DNA from: Roseiflexus sp.
GTDB lineage: Bacteria; Chloroflexota; Chloroflexia; Chloroflexales; Roseiflexaceae
DNA: 45,226 nucleotides
Assembly: GCA_041641515.1 (NCBI GenBank)
Contig: JBEPYG010000002.1
Location: 1-45,226 of the forward strand
Reading direction: 5' to 3'
A program made the translations under genes and the position numbers. The notes below the pieces were generated by a model. That model was given only the letters and a program-made list of their open reading frames with translations, did not search any database and was not told where the DNA came from. Shown here piece by piece: positions 1 through 8,729 of this stretch. The first letter of the stretch is position 1; the number at the start of each line of letters is the position of its first letter.

Positions 1-258
1 TATGCCGCGAGCTGGAACGTGGAAAACGCGCCCGATCCTTGCAGTCTCACGTCGGTGATCGTGTTCTCGTGTCCCGACCTCAAGGGTCTTGGCGGGTGGA
101 ACGTGCAAACGTGGTCGTGAGCGTATCGCGCAATCATGTAATCACGCAATCACACGATCTCCTGATTCTGATCGTCCAAACGCAGCCGGAAGCGCCCACA
201 ACAAAACGCAATATGATGCCAACCGGGGCAATCTACAATGGTATGACAGGTGCGCAAG

Positions 259-531
259 ATGCTCTACCAGATTCTCGACGCGATCGAACAGGCAAACGGG
301 CCGGTATCACTCGATGAGTTGAGCCAGCGGCTTCAGATTGAAGCGGGTGCGCTCGAAGGGATGATCGCCTTTTGGGTTCGCAAAGGTCGCCTGAAGGATA
401 CGACCGTCGCCGGTTGCGGAGGCAGCGGGCGCGGCTGCACCTGTGGCGCATATCCAAAAGGGTGCGTCTTCAGTCATACCGGCCCGCGCGTCATCGCCCT
501 GCTCGATACCTCTTCAGCTGAAGAAGGGTGA
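259..531 (+). CDS. FeoC-like winged-helix protein with Cys-rich wing
   Basis: MLYQILDAI..VSLDELSQRL..LEGMIAFWVRKGRL, then C-x6-C-x-C-x6-C; start taken as ATG 259. Confidence 0.7.
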   Translation: MLYQILDAIEQANGPVSLDELSQRLQIEAGALEGMIAFWVRKGRLKDTTVAGCGGSGRGCTCGAYPKGCVFSHTGPRVIALLDTSSAEEG

Positions 532-538
532 AGGAACG

Positions 539-1942
539 TTACGGGTTTTTCCCGTTGATAATCTCAAGCATCTCGGGAACGGTCGTCACCTTGACGCGGG
601 GGCGTCCCTGTTCGGCGCCGCGCGCAGTCTCGTAGGCGTCGAGCCGTTTCCAGCCTTCATATGTGACGAAATCGGGTTTTCGAGCGCGCAGCAGTGCGAC
701 AATCCGTTCCGGATCGCGGTTTTCGTCTGGAATGCCAGGCAGTTTCGGCAGGTCTTCGACCATTGATGCAACCGTCGCAACCGCATCGGGTTTGTTGGTT
801 CCAATGACGCCGGAAGGACCACGTTTCGCCCAGCCGACCACATACTCGCCAAGGACGACTTCATCATCGCGCGGTCGAATGACGCGCCCGTTGACGTTTG
901 GAATAATGAAGGACCCCTCCTGGAACGGCACTCCCGGCAGCGGTATACCGCGGTAGCCAACCGAACGCAGCACTAGCCCGGCTTCAATCGTATCGTAGAT
1001 GCCAATCCCTTTTGCGCGCAGACCACCCTGCTTATCAACCACCAGTTCGTTGCGCTCCACCTTCACCCGCACCACGCGACCATGCTCACCGATCAGTTCG
1101 ACCGGCGACGTCAGAAAGCGCATTCGGATGCGTCGGGGAGCGTTATGTTCGGTCCGCGCAGCGTAGGAGCGCAGAATCTCGACATTGCGCGCCGCCGATT
1201 TGTCCGTCTTCACGTGCTCGGCGCTCAACGGGTCGAGTTCCAGGTCGGCAGGATCGACAATGACATCGACCCCCTCCAGTTCGCCAAGTTCCTTGATTTC
1301 CGCATTGGTGAACGCCGCCTGCGCGGGTCCACGGCGCCCCAGCATCACGACTTCGCGGATCTTGCTCTGGCGCAACGCTTCGAGCGCATAGTCAGCAATA
1401 TCGGTCTTTGCCAGTTTGTCGGGGTTGGTGACCAGAATACGCGCCACATCGATCGCTACATTCCCGTTGCCGACAACTACCGCGCGTTCGTGCGACAGAT
1501 CGAACGTCATGCTGCAATAATCGGGATGCCCGTTATACCAGCCGACAAACGCGGTTGCCGGGTAACTGCCGATCAAATCCTCGCCGGGAATGCCCATGCG
1601 CCGGTCGGACGGCGCGCCGACCGCATAGACAATCTGGTCGTAGAGTTGCTTCAGGTCCTCATGGGTCACATCCGTCCCAAAGGTGACATTCCCGAAGTAG
1701 CGCACACGTGGATCGGCAGCGATCCGATCATAGATGCGCGTCACCGACTTGATCGACTGATGATCGGGTGCGACGCCTTCGCGTACCAGCCCATATGGCG
1801 TCGGGAAACGATTGAACATATCGATCCGACAGACAAGATTGGGCTGCTTGAGCAATGCCTCAGCGGCGTAAAACCCGGCTGGACCGGCGCCAATGATAGC
1901 AATGCGCACAGGGCGCCCTTCTGTTCCCAATTGTGCGTCCAC
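539..1942 (-). CDS. Ferredoxin-NADP+ reductase (adrenodoxin reductase/FprA-like)
   Basis: GAGPAG FAD motif, PYGLVREGVAPDH, GNGNVAIDVAR, GWAKRGPSGVIGTN. Confidence 0.92.
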   Translation of the reverse strand: MDAQLGTEGRPVRIAIIGAGPAGFYAAEALLKQPNLVCRIDMFNRFPTPYGLVREGVAPDHQSIKSVTRIYDRIAADPRVRYFGNVTFGTDVTHEDLKQLYDQIVYAVGAPSDRRMGIPGEDLIGSYPATAFVGWYNGHPDYCSMTFDLSHERAVVVGNGNVAIDVARILVTNPDKLAKTDIADYALEALRQSKIREVVMLGRRGPAQAAFTNAEIKELGELEGVDVIVDPADLELDPLSAEHVKTDKSAARNVEILRSYAARTEHNAPRRIRMRFLTSPVELIGEHGRVVRVKVERNELVVDKQGGLRAKGIGIYDTIEAGLVLRSVGYRGIPLPGVPFQEGSFIIPNVNGRVIRPRDDEVVLGEYVVGWAKRGPSGVIGTNKPDAVATVASMVEDLPKLPGIPDENRDPERIVALLRARKPDFVTYEGWKRLDAYETARGAEQGRPRVKVTTVPEMLEIINGKNP

Positions 1943-2066
1943 GCTACACTCTCCCCTTTCTTCCAGAATTCAACAGTCCAGGCACATGCGCGGCTCGACA
2001 CCCACCGGCGGCCGCGTCATCGACGGTCGCATGTCGTGATTGTGATGGAAGGAACAGGTAGGAGTG

Positions 2067-2075
2067 ATTATACCA
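2067..2075 (-). promoter_or_regulatory. Extended -10 (TGGTATAAT) upstream of the reductase
   Basis: Consensus TGnTATAAT on the minus strand about 125 nt before the start. Confidence 0.55.
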
Positions 2076-2128
2076 CGGATGCGGGGGACGCTTGATCGTT
2101 CGTTTGGAGGGGAACGGCGCCTCGTCTG

Positions 2129-2860
2129 CTAGACAGGAGGCCAGGGAATGCTGCGTGCAGCGCCGGGGTCGGGGTAGCACCCGGTGTCGATGAGTCGGTC
2201 GAGGCGACGGCGGAAGGCGCGCACTTCTTCGGGGGCAAGCAGCCCTTCGAGGGCGCGAATGAAACGCCCGCCACTGCGAACCTCTTCGCGCAGTGCGTGC
2301 AGATCCGCCATGATCTCTGCACAGATCGGCTCACCGGCGAAGTCCCACAGCACCGTTCGCAATTTTGGTTCGGCGTGGAAACAGATGCCATGGTCGATCG
2401 CCCAGAGCCGACCGTCCGTGCCTTTCAGGCAATGACCACTCTTGCGATCGGCATTGTTCGAGAGAATGTCGAAGGCGGCCAGGCGTGCCAGCTGGTCATC
2501 GTAGCCGCCTTCTTTCTGCATGGTGAACAGGTGCGCGTCTTGATCGCAGTCAATGTACAGTTGCACCGAGCCATACCCATATGGCCCATCACGCAGGACG
2601 GTTGGCGGAACGAGCGACCAGCCGAGCGCTTCGCTGAGCAGGAAGGCGGCAAATTCGCGCTGACACAGCGTCCCGCGCGGAAAATCCCACAGCGGACGCT
2701 CACCGCGACGCGGCTTGTACACGGCAAGGCCCTCCAGATCGCCGTCACGCACAGTAACGAGCAGCGTGTAGTTGCTGCTCCAAGGCATCATGCCTTGGAC
2801 GTTCATTTCGCCCTTTGCCAGCAGCGCCAGCACTTCGCCAACGCTCAACTCGTTGCTCAT
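2129..2860 (-). CDS. SCO1664-family PI3/4-kinase-like protein
   Basis: YKPRRGERPLWDFP-GTL-RE, NNADRKSGH, IDHGICF. Confidence 0.88.
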   Translation of the reverse strand: MSNELSVGEVLALLAKGEMNVQGMMPWSSNYTLLVTVRDGDLEGLAVYKPRRGERPLWDFPRGTLCQREFAAFLLSEALGWSLVPPTVLRDGPYGYGSVQLYIDCDQDAHLFTMQKEGGYDDQLARLAAFDILSNNADRKSGHCLKGTDGRLWAIDHGICFHAEPKLRTVLWDFAGEPICAEIMADLHALREEVRSGGRFIRALEGLLAPEEVRAFRRRLDRLIDTGCYPDPGAARSIPWPPV

Positions 2861-2861
2861 A

Positions 2862-3374
2862 TCAGTTCATTTGTGGGCAGAAGTGACCATCGGGATCGAT
2901 TGGTCGCCCGCAGTTACCGCAGATCTTGCGTCCACGTGCAACCACATTCGTTGCATGCTCGCTGAGCGCGCGCATCTGCTGGCGAGAAGCGCCGAAACGC
3001 GCGGTTGGCGGCTCCTCTTCACTCTCTTCCTCACGATATCCCTGCATCACCAGGATGACCATATCACGCTCAGCGTCGTACCCTATTCCCATCTGGGCAA
3101 TACGAAAACGCGGCTCGATCGGTTCTTCCAGATTCATATCGCTTACCAGCAAGAGATCGTCGGAAGAAGAGAGGAGCGGGTTGTTCTCCGCCAGTTCCTC
3201 GAGCAGGCGATCGATTGCCTGCGCAAGCGCACGAACTTGTTCCTTTTCTGCAATCAGTGACACCAGTTCGCGCCCACGGCGCGCCTGAATGTAGAAGACG
3301 CGCTGCCCCGGCGGACCAACTGCGCTTGCTGTAATGCGTGTCACTGGATCGAGATCATAGGTAAACTTTGCCAT
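2862..3374 (-). CDS. DUF3090 family protein with C-terminal Cys/His knuckle
   Basis: AVGPPGQRVFYIQAR, EKEQV, GRKICGNCGRPIDPDGHFCP; start reassigned to MAKF. Confidence 0.85.
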   Translation of the reverse strand: MAKFTYDLDPVTRITASAVGPPGQRVFYIQARRGRELVSLIAEKEQVRALAQAIDRLLEELAENNPLLSSSDDLLLVSDMNLEEPIEPRFRIAQMGIGYDAERDMVILVMQGYREEESEEEPPTARFGASRQQMRALSEHATNVVARGRKICGNCGRPIDPDGHFCPQMN

Positions 3375-3407
3375 AGTGGTACGCCAATACAACGTTGTGA
3401 CACGATG

Positions 3408-4145
3408 CTATGCCGGCGATGCCGGACTGGTCGTTTCTGCGGCTGGCGCGACAACGCCGTTCCCGCTGACTGCATCGGGCGCCTGATCGGGCGAAGGCGC
3501 ACTTTCAGCGGCTGCGGGTTGAGCTTCTTCCGGCTTTGGCTTCAAATGCGCCAGCGAACCGGTATCGTTGTACGCCAGCAACCGCGGTCCCATCCGGGTG
3601 AACCCGATTGCCGTCACCGAGCAGGTAGCGACTTCGAGCCGCTGAAACAGGTCGATGTGAATGCCGATGTAGTACGCCGTTGCCAGGCGGATCGCATCGG
3701 CATGCGAAACGACGGCGATCATCCCCTTCGGATGGCGTGCACGCAGCGCATCGAGCGCAGAGACAATGCGTATTTGTGTTTCGCCCAGGGTTTCGCCGTT
3801 CGGAAAGCGAGTGCCGCTGGGATAGTGCTGGACGCCGGGCCACAATTCGTGTTTGTACAGTTCCTTTAGTTCAGCGCCCTGCCACTCGCCGTAATCGACC
3901 TCCTGCAGCGCTTCGACTAACCGAATGGGCAGATGATGCGGCGCTGCTATCGCCTCCGCCGTTTCAACCGTCCGATCGAGCGGGCTGGAGTATATCGCCT
4001 CGATCGGCAGGTCTGCCAGACGCGCTGCCAGGTTGGCCGCCTGACGCCGTCCTTCCTCGTTCAGCCGTACCCCGGGGAGACGACCGGCTAGCCGACCATG
4101 CACCATGTCGTTTGCGCCGTGACGAATCAGGAGCAATGTTGTCAC
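3408..4145 (-). CDS. Histidine phosphatase (MSMEG_4193-family putative phosphomutase)
   Basis: LLLIRHG, SSPL-R-ETA, EVDYGEWQG, SHAD; first gene of the trio. Confidence 0.88.
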   Translation of the reverse strand: MTTLLLIRHGANDMVHGRLAGRLPGVRLNEEGRRQAANLAARLADLPIEAIYSSPLDRTVETAEAIAAPHHLPIRLVEALQEVDYGEWQGAELKELYKHELWPGVQHYPSGTRFPNGETLGETQIRIVSALDALRARHPKGMIAVVSHADAIRLATAYYIGIHIDLFQRLEVATCSVTAIGFTRMGPRLLAYNDTGSLAHLKPKPEEAQPAAAESAPSPDQAPDAVSGNGVVAPAAETTSPASPA

Positions 4146-4226
4146 ACGTTTATCCTCAAGTATGTGTATTCTATAGTACTATACCACGATTTGACAACAC
4201 TTCAAAGACTCGTCCTTGTAAGCGTT

Positions 4227-4385
4227 GACACGTACCGTAACCGCGCGCTTTTGCGTCGGCAGGCGCCGTCTTGTGGCGCGCCCGTCGAACCTGAGGGAGC
4301 ACGCCCGCGCGTTCTGGAGCAGAACCCCGTCGGGGCACGGCGGCGGCGCGCCCCAACCTGGCAAAACTCGCTTGCCGGGGCATAT
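4227..4385. repeat. MITE/REP-like intergenic element, left end repeated at 12497-12549
   Basis: ACCGTAA..TTTTGCGTCGGC(G)AGGCG(C/G)CGTCTT(G/A)TGGCGC shared by both sites; internal GGGGCACG..CGCGCCCC hairpin at 4332-4354. Confidence 0.55.
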
Positions 4386-4500
4386 CTGGTTTGGTCACTC
4401 AATCACGTCGCGGCGACTACCGAGTAAGAGCGGAACCATCCGTCGTTCCGTTCCTGACGTACTCCTTTTCAACGGTCAATCTACGGAACGAAGCGTCGAG

Positions 4501-6066
4501 ATGGAACACACACCGGTAACCGTCTGGATTCTCGGCGACCAGTTGCTCCGCACCCATCCGGCGATTGCAGCAGTCGAGGCACAGGCGGGGCGACAGAACA
4601 CGCGCGTTGTGCTGGTCGAGAGTGACGCGCGTATCGCGCAGATGCCCTACCAGCGCAAAAAGATCGTCCTGATCCTCAGCGCCATGCGCCACTACGCGGC
4701 GGCGCTGCGCGCGCAGGGGTACCGGGTCGATGAGGTGCGCGCACCGTCGTTTATTGAGGGTCTCCGACGCCACGTTGAACAGCACCGGTCGCAACGCCTG
4801 GTGACAATGGCATCCGCCGAATATGAGACGCGCCGCCTGCAGCAGAACCATCTGAGTCAGGCGCTCGGTATTCCGGTCGAGGTGCTGCCCAACACACAGT
4901 TTCTCACCGGACAGTACAATCCATTCCCTGATGCGGAACCATCGCAGCGCGTGGTGATGGAACGTTTCTACCGCGCAATGCGTCGCCGCTTCAAGGTGTT
5001 GATCGAGCCGGACGGTTCGCCGACCGGCGGAGAATGGAACTTCGACCGGCTGAACCGTCGTCCGCTGCCACGTTCGGTTGCGCCGCCGCTGCCGCTGCGC
5101 TTCGAGCCGGATGCCATCACGCGCCAGGTCATGGACGAAGTTGAAGCGCGTGGAGGCGGGGTTGGCACAGCGACCGGGTTTGCGCTCGCCGTCACCCATG
5201 CGCAGGCGGAAGCAGCGCTCGCCGATTTTATCACGCACCGTCTGGCGGCGTTCGGACCGTATGAAGACGCAATGAGCGCGGCGCACGATGTGCTGTTTCA
5301 CTCGATGCTGTCCCCCTATATCAACATCGGCCTGCTCGAACCGCTGCAGATGGTGCAGGCTGCCGGGGAAGCGTACCGCACTGGCGCCGCGCCGATCCAG
5401 TCGGTCGAAGGGTTCGTGCGCCAGATTATCGGCTGGCGTGAGTATATCTACTGGCAGTACTGGCGGTTGATGCCTGGGTTGCGCGATGCAAACGCCTGGC
5501 ATGCCATGCGCCCGCTGCCGCACTTCTTCTGGAACAGTGAAACCGACATGCGCTGCCTGCGCCATGTTATCGAGCGCGCGATTGCGACTGGCTATACCCA
5601 TCATATCGAACGTCTGATGGTGGTCTGCAATTTCTGTCTGCTAGCTGGAATCCGTCCCGCAGAGGTCAACGACTGGTTTCTGGCGCACTATATCGACGCC
5701 TACGACTGGGTGATGCAGCCAAATGTGATCGGCATGGGGTTGAATGCCGATGGCGGATTGACCGCGACCAAACCGTACATTGCCTCGGCGGCGTACATTA
5801 ACAAGATGAGCGACTACTGCAAGGGGTGTCGTTACGATCCAAAGCAGCGCACCGGACCGGATGCCTGCCCGTTCAATGTTCTCTACTGGAACTTTCTCAT
5901 CCAGCACGAAACGACACTGCGCGCCAATCCGCGACTTGGTCCGGCGGTGCTGGGTCTGGCGCGGCTCAATAACACTGAACGCGAAGCGATTACGCGGCAG
6001 GCGGAGATGGTGTTGGGGAAACTTGAGAACCGGGAACTGGAGATCAAAAACCAGAATCAAAAATAA
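4501..6066 (+). CDS. FeS-BCP (PhrB/CryB-type) photolyase/cryptochrome
   Basis: WILGDQL, GGEWNFDRLNR, EGFVRQIIGWREY, YTHHIERLM, DAYDWV, SDYCKGCRYD..ACPF; ATG 4501 preferred over upstream ORF extension. Confidence 0.92.
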   Translation: MEHTPVTVWILGDQLLRTHPAIAAVEAQAGRQNTRVVLVESDARIAQMPYQRKKIVLILSAMRHYAAALRAQGYRVDEVRAPSFIEGLRRHVEQHRSQRLVTMASAEYETRRLQQNHLSQALGIPVEVLPNTQFLTGQYNPFPDAEPSQRVVMERFYRAMRRRFKVLIEPDGSPTGGEWNFDRLNRRPLPRSVAPPLPLRFEPDAITRQVMDEVEARGGGVGTATGFALAVTHAQAEAALADFITHRLAAFGPYEDAMSAAHDVLFHSMLSPYINIGLLEPLQMVQAAGEAYRTGAAPIQSVEGFVRQIIGWREYIYWQYWRLMPGLRDANAWHAMRPLPHFFWNSETDMRCLRHVIERAIATGYTHHIERLMVVCNFCLLAGIRPAEVNDWFLAHYIDAYDWVMQPNVIGMGLNADGGLTATKPYIASAAYINKMSDYCKGCRYDPKQRTGPDACPFNVLYWNFLIQHETTLRANPRLGPAVLGLARLNNTEREAITRQAEMVLGKLENRELEIKNQNQK

Positions 6067-6160
6067 CAATCAAGAGCCAGGGACGAGATAAGAAATGAGG
6101 GTAGGTGTAAAAATCAAGAACTATGAGAGATGAGTAAAAATCGACAAATCAAAACATTAT
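6017..6160. repeat. A-rich degenerate heptamer tract
   Basis: GAGAACC, GGGAACT, AAAAACC, AAAAATC units overlapping the photolyase 3' end. Confidence 0.5.
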
Positions 6161-6240
6161 TCGTGTCATCGCTCGCTCAAATCTGTTCTATTATAGCGCA
6201 TCTAAATGCATTGCGTGAAAATCTGTAATGGCATACACCC

Positions 6241-6402
6241 ATGCGAGGAGTCAAGAAACAGCATCTGCCCGAAAAAATCTGTGCGACGTGTGGTCGTCCT
6301 TTCACGTGGCGCAAAAGCTTGGCAAAGAACTGGCACGAAGTGAAGTACTGTAGTGATGCCTGTCGCAAGTATCGGCGGCGTGACAGACGAGTTCACAGGT
6401 GA
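6241..6402 (+). CDS. DUF2256 small Cys-rich protein (53 aa)
   Basis: Hand translation MRGVKKQHLPEKICATCGRPFTWRKSLAKNWHEVKYCSDACRKYRRRDRRVHR; absent from ORF track. Confidence 0.88.
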   Translation: MRGVKKQHLPEKICATCGRPFTWRKSLAKNWHEVKYCSDACRKYRRRDRRVHR

Positions 6403-6441
6403 TCTGGCGCCGCTGAAACAAACCATGTTGGAGATTCGCGT

Positions 6442-7254
6442 ATGTCTGCAGATATGCGCCGTGCGTTTGACAGCCGTGATGACCTGATCGACTATCTGCG
6501 CCGGGAGTTCCCCCAGGCAGCTGCACGCAGCGATGAAGTGAGCGCGACGCGCGGCGGACGACGCGCGGCGGAGGAGCGGTTGCGCCATATCGATCCGCGA
6601 CGCTACGCCGCCACGCGGAATTACCTGGACGGGGCAGTGACGCATCTGTCACCCTACATCCGCCACGGCGTTCTGAGCCTGGCAGAAGTGCGCGACGCCG
6701 CGCTCAGCAGAGTTCGCCGGTACGCCGATGCAGCCAAACTAGTGAGCGAACTGGGATGGCGCGATTACTGGCAGCGGCTCTACGAACGCCTCGGCGATGA
6801 CATCTGGCGCGACCAGGAGCCGTACAAGACCGGCTTCCGCTCCGGTGATTACGCTTCCGAGATGCCGGACGACATCATCGAGGGACGCACCGGGCTGGCG
6901 TGTATCGATGCGTTCAGCCGCGACCTGCGCACCACCGGGTATCTGCACAACCATGCGCGCATGTGGATGGCGGCCTATGTGGTACACTGGCGACGCATCG
7001 CGTGGCAGGCGGGAGCGCGCTGGTTTCTCGAACACCTGCTCGACGGCGACCCGGCGAGCAACAATCTTTCGTGGCAGTGGGTGGCAAGCACCTTCAGCCA
7101 TAAGCCGTACATCTTCAATCGTGAGAACCTGGAGCGTTTTACCAATGGCATCTACTGCCATACATGCCCGCTGTACGGGCGCTGCGATTTTGAAGGGACC
7201 TACGAAGCGTTAAACCGTCGACTCTTTCCGCACGCAGCTGCTGCTGCGGGATGA
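6442..7254 (+). CDS. Photolyase FAD-binding domain only (short/inverted-class photolyase catalytic half)
   Basis: YAATRNYL..LSPYIRHG, ELGWRDYW, GYLHNHARMW, LLDGDPASNNLSWQWVA; only 270 aa. Confidence 0.85.
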   Translation: MSADMRRAFDSRDDLIDYLRREFPQAAARSDEVSATRGGRRAAEERLRHIDPRRYAATRNYLDGAVTHLSPYIRHGVLSLAEVRDAALSRVRRYADAAKLVSELGWRDYWQRLYERLGDDIWRDQEPYKTGFRSGDYASEMPDDIIEGRTGLACIDAFSRDLRTTGYLHNHARMWMAAYVVHWRRIAWQAGARWFLEHLLDGDPASNNLSWQWVASTFSHKPYIFNRENLERFTNGIYCHTCPLYGRCDFEGTYEALNRRLFPHAAAAAG

Positions 7255-7261
7255 ATGTGCC

Positions 7262-8254
7262 ATGGGCTTTTACACGTTGCGCCAGGAGCGCGATCCTGAA
7301 CAACTCGACGCGCTGACCCGCCTGAATATCGACGACCTTATTGCATCGTTCAAACTCGACCGCTTCCGACGCGGACGCCGCCTGCTGGAGTTGATCTGCT
7401 GGCTCCCTGCGCGCCGATTCGCCCATCAAATCCTGGCATACGAACAGATGGTCGGGTCATGCGGTTTGCACCTTGGCGCATCGTGGATCGTGCACACTTT
7501 CGCGCGCAGGCTCGAAATCTATGGTGCAGAATACGTTCCAACACGCGGACCGCTGCTCGTGCTCTCGAATCATCCCGGCATGTCCGACGCAATGGCGCTG
7601 TTCGTTGCGCTCTCACGCCCTGATCTGAAGGTGATTGCAGCGGAACGCAGGTTGTTGCGCCTGCTGCCAAATATCAGCAGTCGCCTGGTCTTTATTCCAG
7701 AAGGGGAGGGCGAGAGCCGCGGGCGGATGAGCGGCATGCGCGCGATTGCGGCACACCTTCGACGCGGCGGCGCTGCGCTGATCTACCCCGCCGGTAAGAT
7801 CGAACCAGACCCGCTGGTGATGCCCGATGCCATCGATGCATTGGCGAACTGGTCGGAAAGCGTCACCCTGTTTGCACGGCTGGCGCCGGAGGCGCTTGTG
7901 TTGCCGGTCGCGGTTGGCGGGACGATTTCGGCGGCAGCGCTGCGCAATCCCATCCCTCGCCTGTACCGTAAACGCCGTGACCGCGAATGGGCAGCGGCGA
8001 CATTGCAGGTACTGATCCCTGCCTACCGTCCACCGGTTGTGCGCGTCGTTTTTGCCGAGCCGTTCCAGGCGGCCAGCCTCGCAGAACTCGGCGATCCGTC
8101 CGACATTATGCGAGCAATCACCACGCGAGTTGCTGATGCAATGCGTTTTATGCAGGAACTGGACCGCTCTGACGGTCGCGCATCCCTGCACACGCTAGAT
8201 GAAGAACGCATCATTCAACCGGAAGATAGCGCCGTATCGTGTCGTGCACTGTAG
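7262..8254 (+). CDS. PlsC-type glycerolipid acyltransferase
   Basis: GPLLVLSNHPGMSD (HX4D) and LIYPAG motifs. Confidence 0.8.
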   Translation: MGFYTLRQERDPEQLDALTRLNIDDLIASFKLDRFRRGRRLLELICWLPARRFAHQILAYEQMVGSCGLHLGASWIVHTFARRLEIYGAEYVPTRGPLLVLSNHPGMSDAMALFVALSRPDLKVIAAERRLLRLLPNISSRLVFIPEGEGESRGRMSGMRAIAAHLRRGGAALIYPAGKIEPDPLVMPDAIDALANWSESVTLFARLAPEALVLPVAVGGTISAAALRNPIPRLYRKRRDREWAAATLQVLIPAYRPPVVRVVFAEPFQAASLAELGDPSDIMRAITTRVADAMRFMQELDRSDGRASLHTLDEERIIQPEDSAVSCRAL

Positions 8255-8273
8255 CAATGCAAAGGAGACGTGG

Positions 8274-8729
8274 GTGACAACCCAATCGTTCATCCGTCCT
8301 ATCGTCTGGGTCCACGGCGACTGTCTGAGTCCGCAGGGACCGGCGCTCCAGGCGTATCCAGGCGCACCGGCGATCTGGGTCTGGGACGATGCCCTGCTCG
8401 AAGAATGGCGCATTTCGCTGAAACGGATCGTCTTCATCTACGAGTGCCTGCTCGAATTGCCGGTTGTCATCCGGCGCGGGGACGTGGCATCTGAAGTGCT
8501 GACATTTGCCCGTGAGCATACGGCTGACGGCATCGTCACCGCTTTCAGCCCTAGCCCACGCTTTCGTGCGATCTGTGATCGCCTGCGTCACGAAGTGCCC
8601 GTCGCTGTCTTGCCGGTCGAGCCATTTCTCGCGTATACTGGACGCCTCGACCTCCGCCGCTTCTCGCGCTACTGGGCAACGGCGGAAAAGTACGCATTTG
8701 GGCAGAAGCCTCTTTTCGACGACCGATGA
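8274..8729 (+). CDS. Stand-alone photolyase antenna-like alpha/beta domain
   Basis: AAGGAG RBS 6 nt before GTG 8274; IVWVHGDCL..PAIWVWD..KRIVFIYECLLEL..IRRGD..RFSRYW. Confidence 0.7.
   Translation: MTTQSFIRPIVWVHGDCLSPQGPALQAYPGAPAIWVWDDALLEEWRISLKRIVFIYECLLELPVVIRRGDVASEVLTFAREHTADGIVTAFSPSPRFRAICDRLRHEVPVAVLPVEPFLAYTGRLDLRRFSRYWATAEKYAFGQKPLFDDR

Noticed and set aside
4172-4183. Palindrome TATAGTACTATA as an operator
   Set aside because: Overlaps an AT-rich extended -10; single instance with no candidate regulator.
4225-4500. 92-aa N-terminal extension of the photolyase
   Set aside because: Runs through a repeat element; family similarity begins at ATG 4501.
6177-6222. LexA box and antisense promoter (minus strand TATAATAGAACAGATTTGA)
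   Set aside because: Only one GAAC half-site matches GAAC-N4-GTTC and no gene lies downstream on that strand.
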